NCBI GenBank assembly: GCA_965240325.2
Contig: OZ251222.1
Span: forward strand, 1,984,001 to 2,048,000
Length of the DNA: 64,000 bases
Source: Rebecca billardiae RCC1528
Taxonomy: Eukaryota; Protista; Haptophyta
Direction of reading: 5' to 3'
In this document: piece by piece, positions 22,671 to 33,089 of the stretch
How positions within the stretch are numbered: position 1 is the stretch's first letter
How the letters are laid out: every line of letters begins with the position of its first letter
The notes under the pieces: model-generated
The model's database searches: none
What the model saw: only the letters and a program-made list of their open reading frames with translations
What the model was told of the DNA's origin: nothing
Made by a program: the position numbers and the translations under genes

Positions 22671-23570
22671 ATGGCGGCCGCTGAGCGAGTTGCTCTGGAG
22701 GTCCTCGCCTCTGGCGCGGCTTGCTGTGTCGCAGATGGCATCTTCAATCCGCTCGAGACGATGAAAGTCAAGCTCCAGGTGCAGCAGAACCAGTACTACG
22801 CCGGCATGTACGACGTGGCTGCACGCACCATCGCCGAGGATGGCCTGATCCATGGCTTGTGGCTGCCGGGCCTGCTTGCGACGACCATGCGGGCGTTCAC
22901 GTACACTGGCGCCCGGATCGGGCTGTACCCAAGCGTGAAGCGTGCCCTCGTAGGAGACTCCACGCCCTTGCTGGTGCACAAGGTCGCTTCGGGCGCGCTG
23001 ACGGGCGGCGTGGCGAGCGCAGTCTTCGCCCCGATCGACCTCGTGCGAACGCGCATGCAGGCGGATGCAGGCACGCTGAGCTCAGACGGCCGGACGCTCG
23101 CCACTGGCCTCAGGCGAGGCCTCCCGCCGCGCCACGCGTCAACGCTCGGCGCATTCGCCGACATCGTGCGCAACGAAGGCGGACTCAGCGCTCTGTGGCG
23201 CGGGGCGCACTTCAGTGTTGCTCGGGCGGCCGTGCTCTCCGGTGCGCAGCTCTCCAGCTACGACACACTCAAGTCAGAGCTCAAGCGGCATCTCGGCCTT
23301 GCCGAGGGCCCCCCACTCCATGTCGCGTGCTCATTGGCCTCCGGTCTCATCGCACAGACCGCCGTGCAGCCAGTGGACACGCTGCGCTCTCGTGCCTTCG
23401 CTTCAAGCGGAGGCCTCGATCTCAGACTGCGAGTGCTCTTCGCGGGTGGCCTGGGAGGCTTGTACCGCGGGCTCTATCCCGCGTGCTGCCGACAGGCGCC
23501 AGTGATGCTCGTTCAGATGCCCATCGTCGAGCAACTCCGGCGCTTGCTTGGTCTCGAGGCCTTCCAGTAG
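22671..23570 (+). CDS. Mitochondrial carrier (SLC25; UCP/dicarboxylate-carrier-like)
   Basis: Three PxDxx(K/R) signature variants (NPLETMKVKLQ, APIDLVRTRMQ, QPVDTLRSR), plus RIGLY and AQLSSYD. Confidence 0.92.
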   Translation: MAAAERVALEVLASGAACCVADGIFNPLETMKVKLQVQQNQYYAGMYDVAARTIAEDGLIHGLWLPGLLATTMRAFTYTGARIGLYPSVKRALVGDSTPLLVHKVASGALTGGVASAVFAPIDLVRTRMQADAGTLSSDGRTLATGLRRGLPPRHASTLGAFADIVRNEGGLSALWRGAHFSVARAAVLSGAQLSSYDTLKSELKRHLGLAEGPPLHVACSLASGLIAQTAVQPVDTLRSRAFASSGGLDLRLRVLFAGGLGGLYRGLYPACCRQAPVMLVQMPIVEQLRRLLGLEAFQ

Positions 23571-23759
23571 GCAGTCATCGCAGCCTCATCGATCCTGGGA
23601 GTGGCATCGACGGCGGCGGCTCAGGTTACAGGGACACTACTCGGAATCAAGTTCCCGATTGGAACCAGCGGGCCGACCCGGACTCATTCTGTTTAACGAC
23701 TACATAGGTAGGACGACGCGGGTCTCCTGATTCGTACTCATGATGTCTGTCAATAAGTG

Positions 23760-23871
<112 letters not shown>

Positions 23872-24434
23872 ACTGCTCGCCGGACCGCCGAGCTGCCGAG
23901 CCGTGCCGCTCAGGAGGCGCGGTCAGATTTGACACTTGACTATGACTTGAGGTAACGAACTACGGCCGCTACGGCGGACTACTTACTGACGATATACTAC
24001 GAGTACGCGACGACTACTGCTACTAAGGACTACGAGTAGTCACTGCGCCGAGTACCACGCGGCGCCTGGGCCGCGGCAGGGCCGCGTCAGGACCGTCAGC
24101 CGGGCTTTGCCCTTAGGGCTAGGCCCGGCAGCAGATTCCTGAGTTATTCTTCGAGTTCCGGCGGGGCGGCGCATCTGCAAGCCTTATCCGTTATCGCGAT
24201 ATCTGATGATGCTGGCAGTCGTCGGAGACTAGGGCGCCGTGCAAAGCAGACGCCGCCGATGATCGTCCAGTGGGTCTGTGATGGGAGCAGGGACGAGCCC
24301 TCCGGCTTGGCCTCCGTCGGCGTCGCGCAGCCGGCTTAATTAGTAAACTGTGGCTTACTGCTCCAGAATATTGTCAGATGGGGGTAAATCACGATCCGAA
24401 AACGTGACGCGAATACGTAAAGTACGATCGCATC

Positions 24435-26240
24435 ATGATGGGGGACGACGCAGCCTGGAGCGCCGAGGCCGAGCACGCCGAGCGCGCGGTGGTGGACGCG
24501 CATCGAGGCGACGGTACGCCCCACGCGGCTCATGCATTGGCTGAACGCATCGCACGCATCGCCACGCGCTCGCGCACCCGCGGCGGACAGCCCGCGGAGG
24601 CGGCGCACCTCGTGCGCGCCGCGCGGCTGGCTCTCGCCGACCACGGCTGCGCAGAGTGCGCACTGTGCATCGCCGAGCGTTTGTCGAAGGCCATGGCGCG
24701 CCGTGGCGCGGCCGACGTTCTCCCCACGCTGCGTGCGCTCGCGCGCGGGGCGCCCCAGCCCGGGCACCTCGGCGCAGCGGCCGTCCTGCGCGGGTCGCTC
24801 GCGCTTGACGAGGCGTTCTGGCGTCTGCACTACGCGCAGCTGCTGGACGCGGGGAGCCGCGGCGCGTCCGAGCCGTCGCCGTCGCCGCTGGCGTACTACT
24901 GCGCCGTCTGGGAGCCGCCGGCCCAGGCGCTCCGCCGCATCGAGCAGCACCTTCGCCAGCATGCCGACAGCTGTGGGACCGAGCGCCGTGCCGGCGCCGA
25001 CCCGGTGCGGCCGTGTGGCGACGAGCCCGACGGTGGCGGCCGCAGCACGTGGCACTCGGCGCTTGCGATGCGCGACTTCTACGCGCGGCTGGCCGTGCGC
25101 GTGCCTTCGGGCCGCGCGCGCGCCGCCGACGCCCTCGCCGCCTCCCCCGTCGACGCGTGCCCGCTGAGCGCCCTTGCCCTCGGCACGGGCGCTGACACGC
25201 TGCGCCTCCTCGTGGACAGCGACCTCGCGCGCGCGCTCGGCGCGGAGGCGGAGGCGGCGCGCGGCGGGGCGAGCGGGAGAGAGCCGGCGGCGGGCTCGAA
25301 GAAGCGCAGGCGGCGCGACGACGAGCGCGCGCACGCCTTGCCGCTCGCCCACCCGCTCGTGCGCGCGTGGCGCGACGCGTGCCGCCGCTGGGCATGTCAC
25401 CTGTACGCGTATGCGGCACCCTCGTCGGCGCGTGCGCTCGCCCTTGTGAAGCGGCACGCGCCCGTCGCGGAGATGGGCGCGGGCACGGGGTACTGGGCGT
25501 GCGCGCTCGCGCGGGCGGGCGTCAAAGTGCGCGCCTTCGACATCGCTCCGACGCTGCCGCCCAGCCTCGAGCCGGCAGCTGCGCGCGCGCCCGGCGTCCG
25601 CGCGCCGGCGGCCGGCCGGAGCGGTGGCGGCAGCGCGCGGGCCAATGACTTCCACGGCCATGCGCCCGCGTGGGCGCGAGTGCGCGCGGCGGGGCCGTCA
25701 GAGCTCGCGCGGCTCGCCGACGGCGTCAGTCTCCTGCTCTGCTACCCGCCGCCGCGCTCGCCGATGGCGGCCGAGAGCGTCGCCGCCTTCCGCGGCCGCC
25801 ACGTCCTGCTCGCCGGCGAGTGGCTAGGCGACACGGCGGACGGCGCGCTGCACGCGGCGCTGTGCGCGCGCTTCGAGCTCGTCGAGCGCTGCGCGCTGCT
25901 GCAGTGGGCGGATACGGCGATGGAGCTGCTCGTGTGGCGCCGTCGCGACCCGCCCGCCGGCGCGTCGGCCGCCGCCGCCGAGGTGCGCCTCGCGAGCGGC
26001 GGCGTGCTCGCATGCGATGCGTGCGGCGCCTCGTCGGCGGCGCTCCGGCGCTGCGCACACTGCCGGGCGGCCGTCTTCTGCAGCCGCGCGTGCGAGCGGC
26101 GCGAGGCCGCGGCGCACACCTTCGCGCACCGCTGCCGCGGCGTGGAGCTCCCGCGCGAGCTCGACTTCGACTCCGCGTACGACTACCGGCCGGGCTGGCT
26201 GAGCAGTGTGGACGATGCTGACCGGACATCGTCACCGTAG
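24435..26240 (+). CDS. Class I SAM-methyltransferase-like protein with C-terminal MYND zinc finger
   Basis: SAM motif VAEMGAGTGYWA and LLLCYPPP. MYND pattern CDACG..LRRCAHCRAAVFCSRAC..H..C. Confidence 0.75.
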   Translation: MMGDDAAWSAEAEHAERAVVDAHRGDGTPHAAHALAERIARIATRSRTRGGQPAEAAHLVRAARLALADHGCAECALCIAERLSKAMARRGAADVLPTLRALARGAPQPGHLGAAAVLRGSLALDEAFWRLHYAQLLDAGSRGASEPSPSPLAYYCAVWEPPAQALRRIEQHLRQHADSCGTERRAGADPVRPCGDEPDGGGRSTWHSALAMRDFYARLAVRVPSGRARAADALAASPVDACPLSALALGTGADTLRLLVDSDLARALGAEAEAARGGASGREPAAGSKKRRRRDDERAHALPLAHPLVRAWRDACRRWACHLYAYAAPSSARALALVKRHAPVAEMGAGTGYWACALARAGVKVRAFDIAPTLPPSLEPAAARAPGVRAPAAGRSGGGSARANDFHGHAPAWARVRAAGPSELARLADGVSLLLCYPPPRSPMAAESVAAFRGRHVLLAGEWLGDTADGALHAALCARFELVERCALLQWADTAMELLVWRRRDPPAGASAAAAEVRLASGGVLACDACGASSAALRRCAHCRAAVFCSRACERREAAAHTFAHRCRGVELPRELDFDSAYDYRPGWLSSVDDADRTSSP

Positions 26241-26465
26241 CCGTCGAGTCGACTCGTCGTCGACTCGTCGAGCCGTCGTCGCCGACGCCCGCGACGACGG
26301 AGATAGATATGACGATATGGCCGGCGCGGAATCATGCGTCGTCGTAATTCGTATAGCAGCTATATATATCTAGCGCGACGAGCGACTACGAAGACGATCA
26401 CTATTTATAATGATTAGATGGTGCCCGCGCGCATCCAGGGCGGCACGGGCTCATGCCTCATCGCC

Positions 26466-28457
26466 CTACTCGTCCTCATCGGATTGCTGCTCGTCCTCCT
26501 CGACGTGAAGCGATGCGCTCTTGTCCGTGCGCACAAACGGCAGCAGCTCCGCGAGCGTCGCGCTGTCGGCCCCCTGCCCGGGCGATGCCGATGGCAGCAC
26601 GCGGCGCGCGCCCGGCGCCCCCACAGGGGCGCGCTGCCACAGCGGACGGCGCACGACGACGCGTGGGAAAGAGCTCACGAGGTCGTACGCTTGGGGCGCA
26701 TCCTCCTCACACTCGCAGGCGCTCTCGACCCATTCGAAGACGGAGTGCACCGGGGTGGAGGGGAGCCAGGCGCGCGCGATGCGCCGGCCGGTGCTCAGTC
26801 GCACCGTCAAGCGCACGGCACCCTCCTCTGCCGCGCCCGGCTCAGCTGGGAGCGCCGCCGCACGGGCCGCCGCAGCCGCGCGCCTGTCCGCCCACCAGCT
26901 GGGGGGCGGCGCGGCGGCAGTGTCGTCTGTCTGCCCCGCACGCGCGCCTCGAGCGGCACTTGCGCCCGCGGGCGCGGCGGCCCGGCGTGCATCCGTGCCA
27001 GGCCCACCCGGCGCGCCGGCGAGCACGTCCACGCCGCCATCACCCGCCGCCACCGCCTGATCATGGGCCAGCGCGGCGGCGAGCGCGGCATCTTGCTCGG
27101 CAATCAGAGCGAGCCGCTCCGCGCGCACGCGCGCCTCGCGCTCCTGCGCGCCCTCCTGCGGCGAGGGCGGCGGCCTGGCGCGGAAGAGCGCCCAGGCAGC
27201 GCGCAGCGCCTCGCAGCCGCGCGCAGGCCCGCCTGGCACCCCCTGCGCAGCCCGCAGCGCGTCGCGCAGCGCGCGGACGGCCGCGCTGGGCGCCGAGTGC
27301 GCGCTGTGCAGCAGCAGCCGCTCGGCGGCGCGCTCGCCCCACACGAGCAGCAGGGCGGGGCTTTGCACGGCGTATTCGTCGCGCACGAAGAGAGCGTCCT
27401 CGGAGCCCTCGTCGAGGCGCACGGCGCTCACGCCCGGCCCGCGCTCTGCCTGGGCGGCGGCGGCGGCGGGCGCGTGCTCGGCGCCTCCGCCCTCGCAGCC
27501 CGCGCCCAGCAAGACCTCCGCCAGCCTGGGGAGAACCGAGCGCAGCAGCGTGAGCGAGCGGCTGTCCGTGCCCTCCAGCACGACGAGGAGCACGCCGGGG
27601 TCGAGCACGCGCCACCGCTCGAGCGCGGCGTCGAGCCCGCCCCGTGCGAACGCGCTCGCCCAGTGCGCGCCGGCCGCGGGCCGTGCGGCCTCCGGCGCAG
27701 GGGCGGGCGCCAGGCTGCGCAGGAACGCCTGCCGGGCGGTGCGAGGGTGTGGCGGCGGTGCCGGGCGCGGAGGTCGGGGCTGCGCCCCGGCCGCGGCCCC
27801 GGGTGCTGGCGCGGCTGGAGCCGGACGCACCCTCGCAAGGACGCCATCGAGAAAGGCCGCCCGTGCCGTGCGGCGTGTCCCGCTGACGGGCTCGTGCTCA
27901 CCGCGGTCGTCGTTGGTGCCCCCGGAGCTGTCGTGGGGTTCGTCGCCGCAGCGAGTCGGGAGGCGTCGTAGCAAGGGGCCAGCCTGCGCCTGGCGCCGTC
28001 CAGAAGAGGTGGCTCTTGCAGGGGTGCCACCTGAGCCGCTGCTTCCAGCTTCAGGTGCCGCCGTCGGTGCAGGGCGCGCAGCCATCGCCTGCGGCGGATC
28101 GCGCCGGCCGCTAGCACCGCCGAGCTTTATGCCGGTCGTCCATCTCTGCACGAGCCGCTGCACAGCAAGCATCGCCCACAGCACGCACGCCGCACCCGCA
28201 CCGAGGTGCACGAATCGTGGCAGCCTGAAGATTTTGCCGCCGCCGCGCTCGAGTTGCACCGGCGGCTGCTTCTGGGCCGCGCGCGGTTGCGCGGGCGGGA
28301 CTGGTGCATCCGGCGTGCGCGTTGCACCTCTGGGGGCAAGCACGCCCGTTTGCGCCGACCCCTGTGTCGGGGCGTGCTCCCCAACCTGAGCTGCCGCGCT
28401 GACGTCCTGCTGGATGGCTGACAAGAGCAGGAGGACGATGCCGAAGGCAGGCGCCAT
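26466..28457 (-). CDS. Membrane UBX-domain protein (signal peptide, TM, UAS-like domain, coiled coil, UBX)
   Basis: N-terminus MAPAFGIVLLLLSA; TM GAACVLWAMLAV; LIAEQDAALAAALAHDQ; UBX VRLTVRLSTGRRIARAW..VFEWV..YDLVSSFPR. Confidence 0.75.
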   Translation of the reverse strand: MAPAFGIVLLLLSAIQQDVSAAAQVGEHAPTQGSAQTGVLAPRGATRTPDAPVPPAQPRAAQKQPPVQLERGGGKIFRLPRFVHLGAGAACVLWAMLAVQRLVQRWTTGIKLGGASGRRDPPQAMAARPAPTAAPEAGSSGSGGTPARATSSGRRQAQAGPLLRRLPTRCGDEPHDSSGGTNDDRGEHEPVSGTRRTARAAFLDGVLARVRPAPAAPAPGAAAGAQPRPPRPAPPPHPRTARQAFLRSLAPAPAPEAARPAAGAHWASAFARGGLDAALERWRVLDPGVLLVVLEGTDSRSLTLLRSVLPRLAEVLLGAGCEGGGAEHAPAAAAAQAERGPGVSAVRLDEGSEDALFVRDEYAVQSPALLLVWGERAAERLLLHSAHSAPSAAVRALRDALRAAQGVPGGPARGCEALRAAWALFRARPPPSPQEGAQEREARVRAERLALIAEQDAALAAALAHDQAVAAGDGGVDVLAGAPGGPGTDARRAAAPAGASAARGARAGQTDDTAAAPPPSWWADRRAAAAARAAALPAEPGAAEEGAVRLTVRLSTGRRIARAWLPSTPVHSVFEWVESACECEEDAPQAYDLVSSFPRVVVRRPLWQRAPVGAPGARRVLPSASPGQGADSATLAELLPFVRTDKSASLHVEEDEQQSDEDE

Positions 28458-28555
28458 CGTGATGCTTCTTGCTGAAGTGCTCCGGTTGCTGGTGGTCCGC
28501 CGCCGGAACTGGGTGATGCAGCTGGATTGCAGGAATCGAAACGGCTGCGCCGGAA

Positions 28556-29242
28556 ATGCTGCGCGTTCGCGCCCACCACGGCCGCGAGGTCGCCTGGATC
28601 TCGCTGTCGCCGGCGAGCACGGTGGGTGACCTGATTCGCGCCTGTCCAGAGGGCACGACATCAGTCGTTCACCGTGGAAGACGCCTCGGAGCGCGCGAAG
28701 TGGACATTGCGCTCGCTCATCTGCTTTGTGCGTCGGGCAGCGCGCCGCCGGCGGTGCTCTGCCTGCGCGAGGCGACACGCTCCGTCCCCGACGGCGAGCA
28801 GCCTCATCTCACGTGTGTCGTGAGGCAATGGGACGGCCGACTCTCACCACCGCTCAGCGTCGCGGCCCATGCGCCCGCAGCGGAGCTCAAGCGAATGGCC
28901 TGCCGCCACTTTGCGCTCGACGAGGGCGCGTGTGCGCTCGCACTCGAGGAGGCGGGCGAGCTGCTCGTCGATGCGCTGGGACTGGGAGAGCAGGGCGTGC
29001 AGAAGGCTTCGTCACTTCTGCTTGTTCCGAACCTGCTCGACGACGAGGCCTACTCGCGGTTCGTCGCGCCCAGCCCATCCCTGATTGGCGAATATGTCGA
29101 CGCGGTCGCCAAGCGAGCTCGTCAGATGTCTCGTCAGACGCACGCGGGGTCACGGTGTGAAGGGGCGCGCAGCAAAGCACGCATCATCCGCCTCACTTCC
29201 ACGGCGAGCTCGAGTGGTCGATGGAGCGCGAAGTTGAGATGA
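28556..29242 (+). CDS. Small protein with two ubiquitin-like domains
   Basis: STVGDLI..VVHRGRRL and VRQWDGR..AELKRMAC..GELLVDALGLGEQGVQKASSLLLV resemble beta-grasp UBL folds. Confidence 0.6.
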   Translation: MLRVRAHHGREVAWISLSPASTVGDLIRACPEGTTSVVHRGRRLGAREVDIALAHLLCASGSAPPAVLCLREATRSVPDGEQPHLTCVVRQWDGRLSPPLSVAAHAPAAELKRMACRHFALDEGACALALEEAGELLVDALGLGEQGVQKASSLLLVPNLLDDEAYSRFVAPSPSLIGEYVDAVAKRARQMSRQTHAGSRCEGARSKARIIRLTSTASSSGRWSAKLR

Positions 29243-29864
29243 TCCTGGCGGCGCCGCCGTCACGCGTGATACGCGACGAGGTCATGCATCGTAACCGCCT
29301 GCTGATGATTGAACTGCTTACTGCGGCCTGCGACTACGCGGACTAGGTCTAGGCGGCCGTCTGCTTACTGCTAGTGCTACGCGCTGATGTCGACAGCGTG
29401 AGTAGTCAGAGCAGTATAACATGGCGTCCACTGCTACTTAGCTTATAGGTGTCTCTGAGCACGGCCGGTACCGTAGTCATCACGTCAGTCCGCGTCGGTC
29501 TGCGACCGCTGCGTGTCACTGTCAGACCGTGATCCCGTGTCAACTCAGAGTAATATATATAAACTCAGTCAGTAGCGTGAGTCCGTACAGTAGTGACCCA
29601 AATAACTCCTTAGGCCGGACTCAGGCTCAGCTGAGTCAGCGCATGCGTCTCAATGACAATGTCTCATTCATGGTAACTCATCATCGGGCGGACATATGAT
29701 ATGACATATCGGTCTGCTGCTGACGACTACTCACTACTGTCTACTCTCGCAGATGACGATACTGCTGCCTGTCGATACTGCGCGGCATCAATATATCGCG
29801 CGATGACGACTACATTTCTGACGCGGTCTCATGTCTGACGAATGAACTCCGACTAGGTCTAGGC

Positions 29865-32787
29865 CTAGGAAGGCTGCGAGGCTGCGCCGCCGCCACCGCG
29901 GCCGTGCCCGTAGATGCCAAAGTTGGGCGCGCGCCCGCTCGCGGCCGCACGGCGCAGCTCGATGGCGCGCATGCGCGCGGGCACGCGCCAGTACACCATC
30001 GGCAGGTACTTGGGCGGCGACGCGTCGAGCACGGGGCGCGTCTCGTCGAGCTCGAGCGCCACCGGCGTGGGCGAGCCGGCGGCCGAGAAGTAGATGTGCC
30101 GGAAGGTCGGGTGGGCGAGCAGCTCGGAGAGGGGCAGCCGCGCGGCGGCGGAGGCGATGTGCATGAGCGGCCGCTCGGGCATCGGCGGGGGCACGCCGCG
30201 CGTGAGCCCGCCCGGCAGAGCGCGGAAGGGCGGGAGGCGCAGCAGCCCTGCGCGCGAGACTCGGCTGCTGCCCGTCGGCCGCACCTCGCTCACCAGCGCG
30301 ACGACGCTCTCGCGCGCCTCGGGCGGCAGGCTCGCGCTCGGCGGTAGCGGCTCGGCGAGCTCGGGCTGAGCGAGGCACGGGCTGGGCTGCAGCGCGACGC
30401 TCGCGAGCGCGCGCGCGCCCGTCGGCGCGTCCGGCGCGTGCGGCGCGCGCGCGCGCGCGCGCTCCGCCACGGCCGCCGGGCGCGCCACCAGCCAGCCGGA
30501 CGCGTCGAGCAGCCCGCTCGGGAACGCGGCGGCCGCGCTCGGCGTGGGCCACAGCTGCAGCCTGTCGCGGTCGTAGACGCGCCGCTTGTCTGGCAGCGAC
30601 CAGGGCACGCTGCTCGCGAGCGGCCCTTTACGCACGGTGGGCGCGAGGGCGGCGCCGCGGGGCCCGTGCTTCTTCGCGGCGTGCGCCGCCGCCGTGCTCG
30701 CGCCCGGCTCGGCGGCCGCGCCCGTCGTCGAGACCGGCTCGAGCCAGACGCCCTCCTTGGCGGCATCGCGCTCGAGCACCCAGGCCATGTGGCACCGCTT
30801 GGCGTGCTTGCGCACGCCGTCCGTTGAGGCGTAGATTTTGCAGCAGCCTGCGCCGCGCGCGCGCCGCGCGGCGCCACGCGCGCCGCGCGCCGCGCGTGAG
30901 GAGCGCGTGGGCGCGCGCCGACACCTCGGCCGCGCGCGCGCGCGGTGCGCATCCGCGTGCTTTCTTCTGTGCGACGCACCGGGGTAGGCGCACACGCGCG
31001 AGCCGACAGCGAAGAGCTCGTTCACGCGCTCCTGCGTCATGTCCTCCGCGGGGCCATCGGCGTCGGCGCCCTCGGCTTCGTCCTCGCCCTCGCCCTCGCC
31101 CTCGCCCTCCTCCGACTCGTCCTCGTCGCTCTCGTCCTCCTCGCCCGACTCGGTCTCGGCCTCGCTCTCGCCGCCCTCGCTGTCGCTGTCCGCGCCCAGG
31201 CGGCGGTGGTGGCCCGACGCTGAGTGGAAGCGGCCGTCCTCGCGCTCGTGCCTCTTGTGGGCCGCGCCTAAGACGCGCCCACGCTTCGACGGCTTGGGCG
31301 GCTTGGGCACGATGTGCTCGGCGAAGTCGGGGAAGCGCTCGAGGAACGCGCCCAGGTTGATCCGCATCGGCGCGCGCCGCCCCGAGACGACCTTGCCCGT
31401 GGTCGTGTCCACGACGGGCACACGCTCGTAGCGCGAGCTGAGCGTTGCGACCTCCGCCGAGGTGCGGCGTGCGAGGCCGACGTTGTCGCGGTCGCTGAGG
31501 TCGCCCTTCGCGGCCTTGGCGGCGGCGATCGCGGTGGCCGTGGTCGAGTCGTCGAGCGCCGAGCCGCGCGGCATGATGCCGCCGAACGCGCGGTAGTTCA
31601 TCGCCGCTCGCTCGCGCTTGCGACCAACGGTCCCCTGCGCCACGCGCCGCGCCTCCCGCGCGGCCGCGCGATCAGCGTTCAGTCGCTTGCCGCCTTCCTC
31701 GTCGCCGTCGGACGAGTCGGTCTCGGAGGAGTCGCTCGTCGAGTCGCCCGCGCGGCTCCGCCGAGCCGCGGGGTTGGAGACGGCCGTTGTCGTCAGGGCG
31801 CGCGGCATACCCTGCGCGGGGCCAGGGCGCGCGAGCGCACGCGCACGCGCGCGCGTGTGAGGACAGTGGGGTCGGGCGGCGCGAGGGCGGCGCGCCGGGC
31901 GCGCGTGCGAGCGCGCGTGCGCAGCGTCCGGCGCGCACCCGCCACGGCGCCTTGCCCTGGCGCTTCTCGGTGATCTCGGGGAAGATGTGCGGCCCCGCGT
32001 GCTTGTCGTGCAGCGTGCACCCCGGCAGGCCGCACGGCTTGCCGTGCCGCCGCCGCAGCTCTTCGTAGCGCTCCACCTCGGCGCGCGGCGGCGAGCGGAT
32101 CAGGTCGCGGATCTTGCCCTCGAAGTGGGGCGCCCAGATGAGCTCGGGATCGGCGTGGGCGCCGCGCGTGGGCGGCACCTCGTCCTCCAGCTCCGTCGCG
32201 GGCGCGCCCGTCCACGGCGGCACGAACACCTGGTACTCCGGGCCGACGCGCGTCAGCTCCGTGTCACCCGGCTCCTCGCCCAGCGCGGCGCGCGCCGCGT
32301 GCTCCTCGTCTTCCACCGTGTGGTGCGCGTGGGCGGGCACGTAGTTGATGCCGTAGCGGTGCTTGTTCGGCGAGAGCATCCACTCGGCGACGTCAGCCCC
32401 CGCTCCCGGCGCCCGGCTCGGCGTCACCTGCACCGAGTGCGGCGCACCGCCCGCTGCTGCGCGCACCGGCGAGAGCGGCGCGGCACCGGCGCCATCGACG
32501 TCCATCGCGTCGTCAAGGGAGCCCGCAGGCGCTGCGCCGTCGCCATGAGCCGGTGCGCGGTCCTTCCCCGCCGACGGCGAGGCCTCGGTGCCGCCCTCCG
32601 GCTTGGGGGCCCACTCGAGCGCCCAGGCCGACTCGCTGCCGAGCTTGGTCCAGCACCGCAGCCCGTCATCGAAAAGAAGCTCCACCTGCACGCCGCGTGA
32701 GCCGACGATCACGGCGGGGCGCATGCCCTTGGCGTCGCGGCGCCATACGCGCACGCGCGAGCCCACGGGAGCCCACTCGTCGGCCAT
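29865..32787 (-). CDS. Putative chromatin/transcription regulator (Tudor-like, ELM2-like, Cys/His knuckle, acidic tract, C2H2 finger); exons 32787-31939, 31811-30980 and 30847-29865
   Basis: Motifs VGSRVRVW, TRVGPEYQVFVPPW and CGLPGCTLHDKHAGPH. Removing the GTGCG..CAG introns at 31812-31938 and 30848-30979 gives CAYPGCCKIYASTDGVRKHAKRCH. Confidence 0.75.
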
Positions 32788-33089
32788 GGCGAGGCCGCGC
32801 GGCAAGCGCCGTCGATGTGGGCAAGAGAGAGGGCTGGGCCGGGGTGCCTGCCTTGCGGAGTTGCGCGGCGCTTTCAGCTTCGCGCGGCACCCCAAGCTGG
32901 TCAGGAGTCCGGGGTCCGACGTACGGCGGAAGCTTGGCCGCCTCGGCGTTGTTCCCGGACTCCTTCCTTTACGCCGGCCCGGGCGGACGGCGCTGGCCAC
33001 GACGACGACGACGACGACGACGAGTTCGCCTTGAGCACTTGTCGATGATTGTGTGCCGCTCCCCGACGGCCGTGTTCCCGTCCAGCGCC

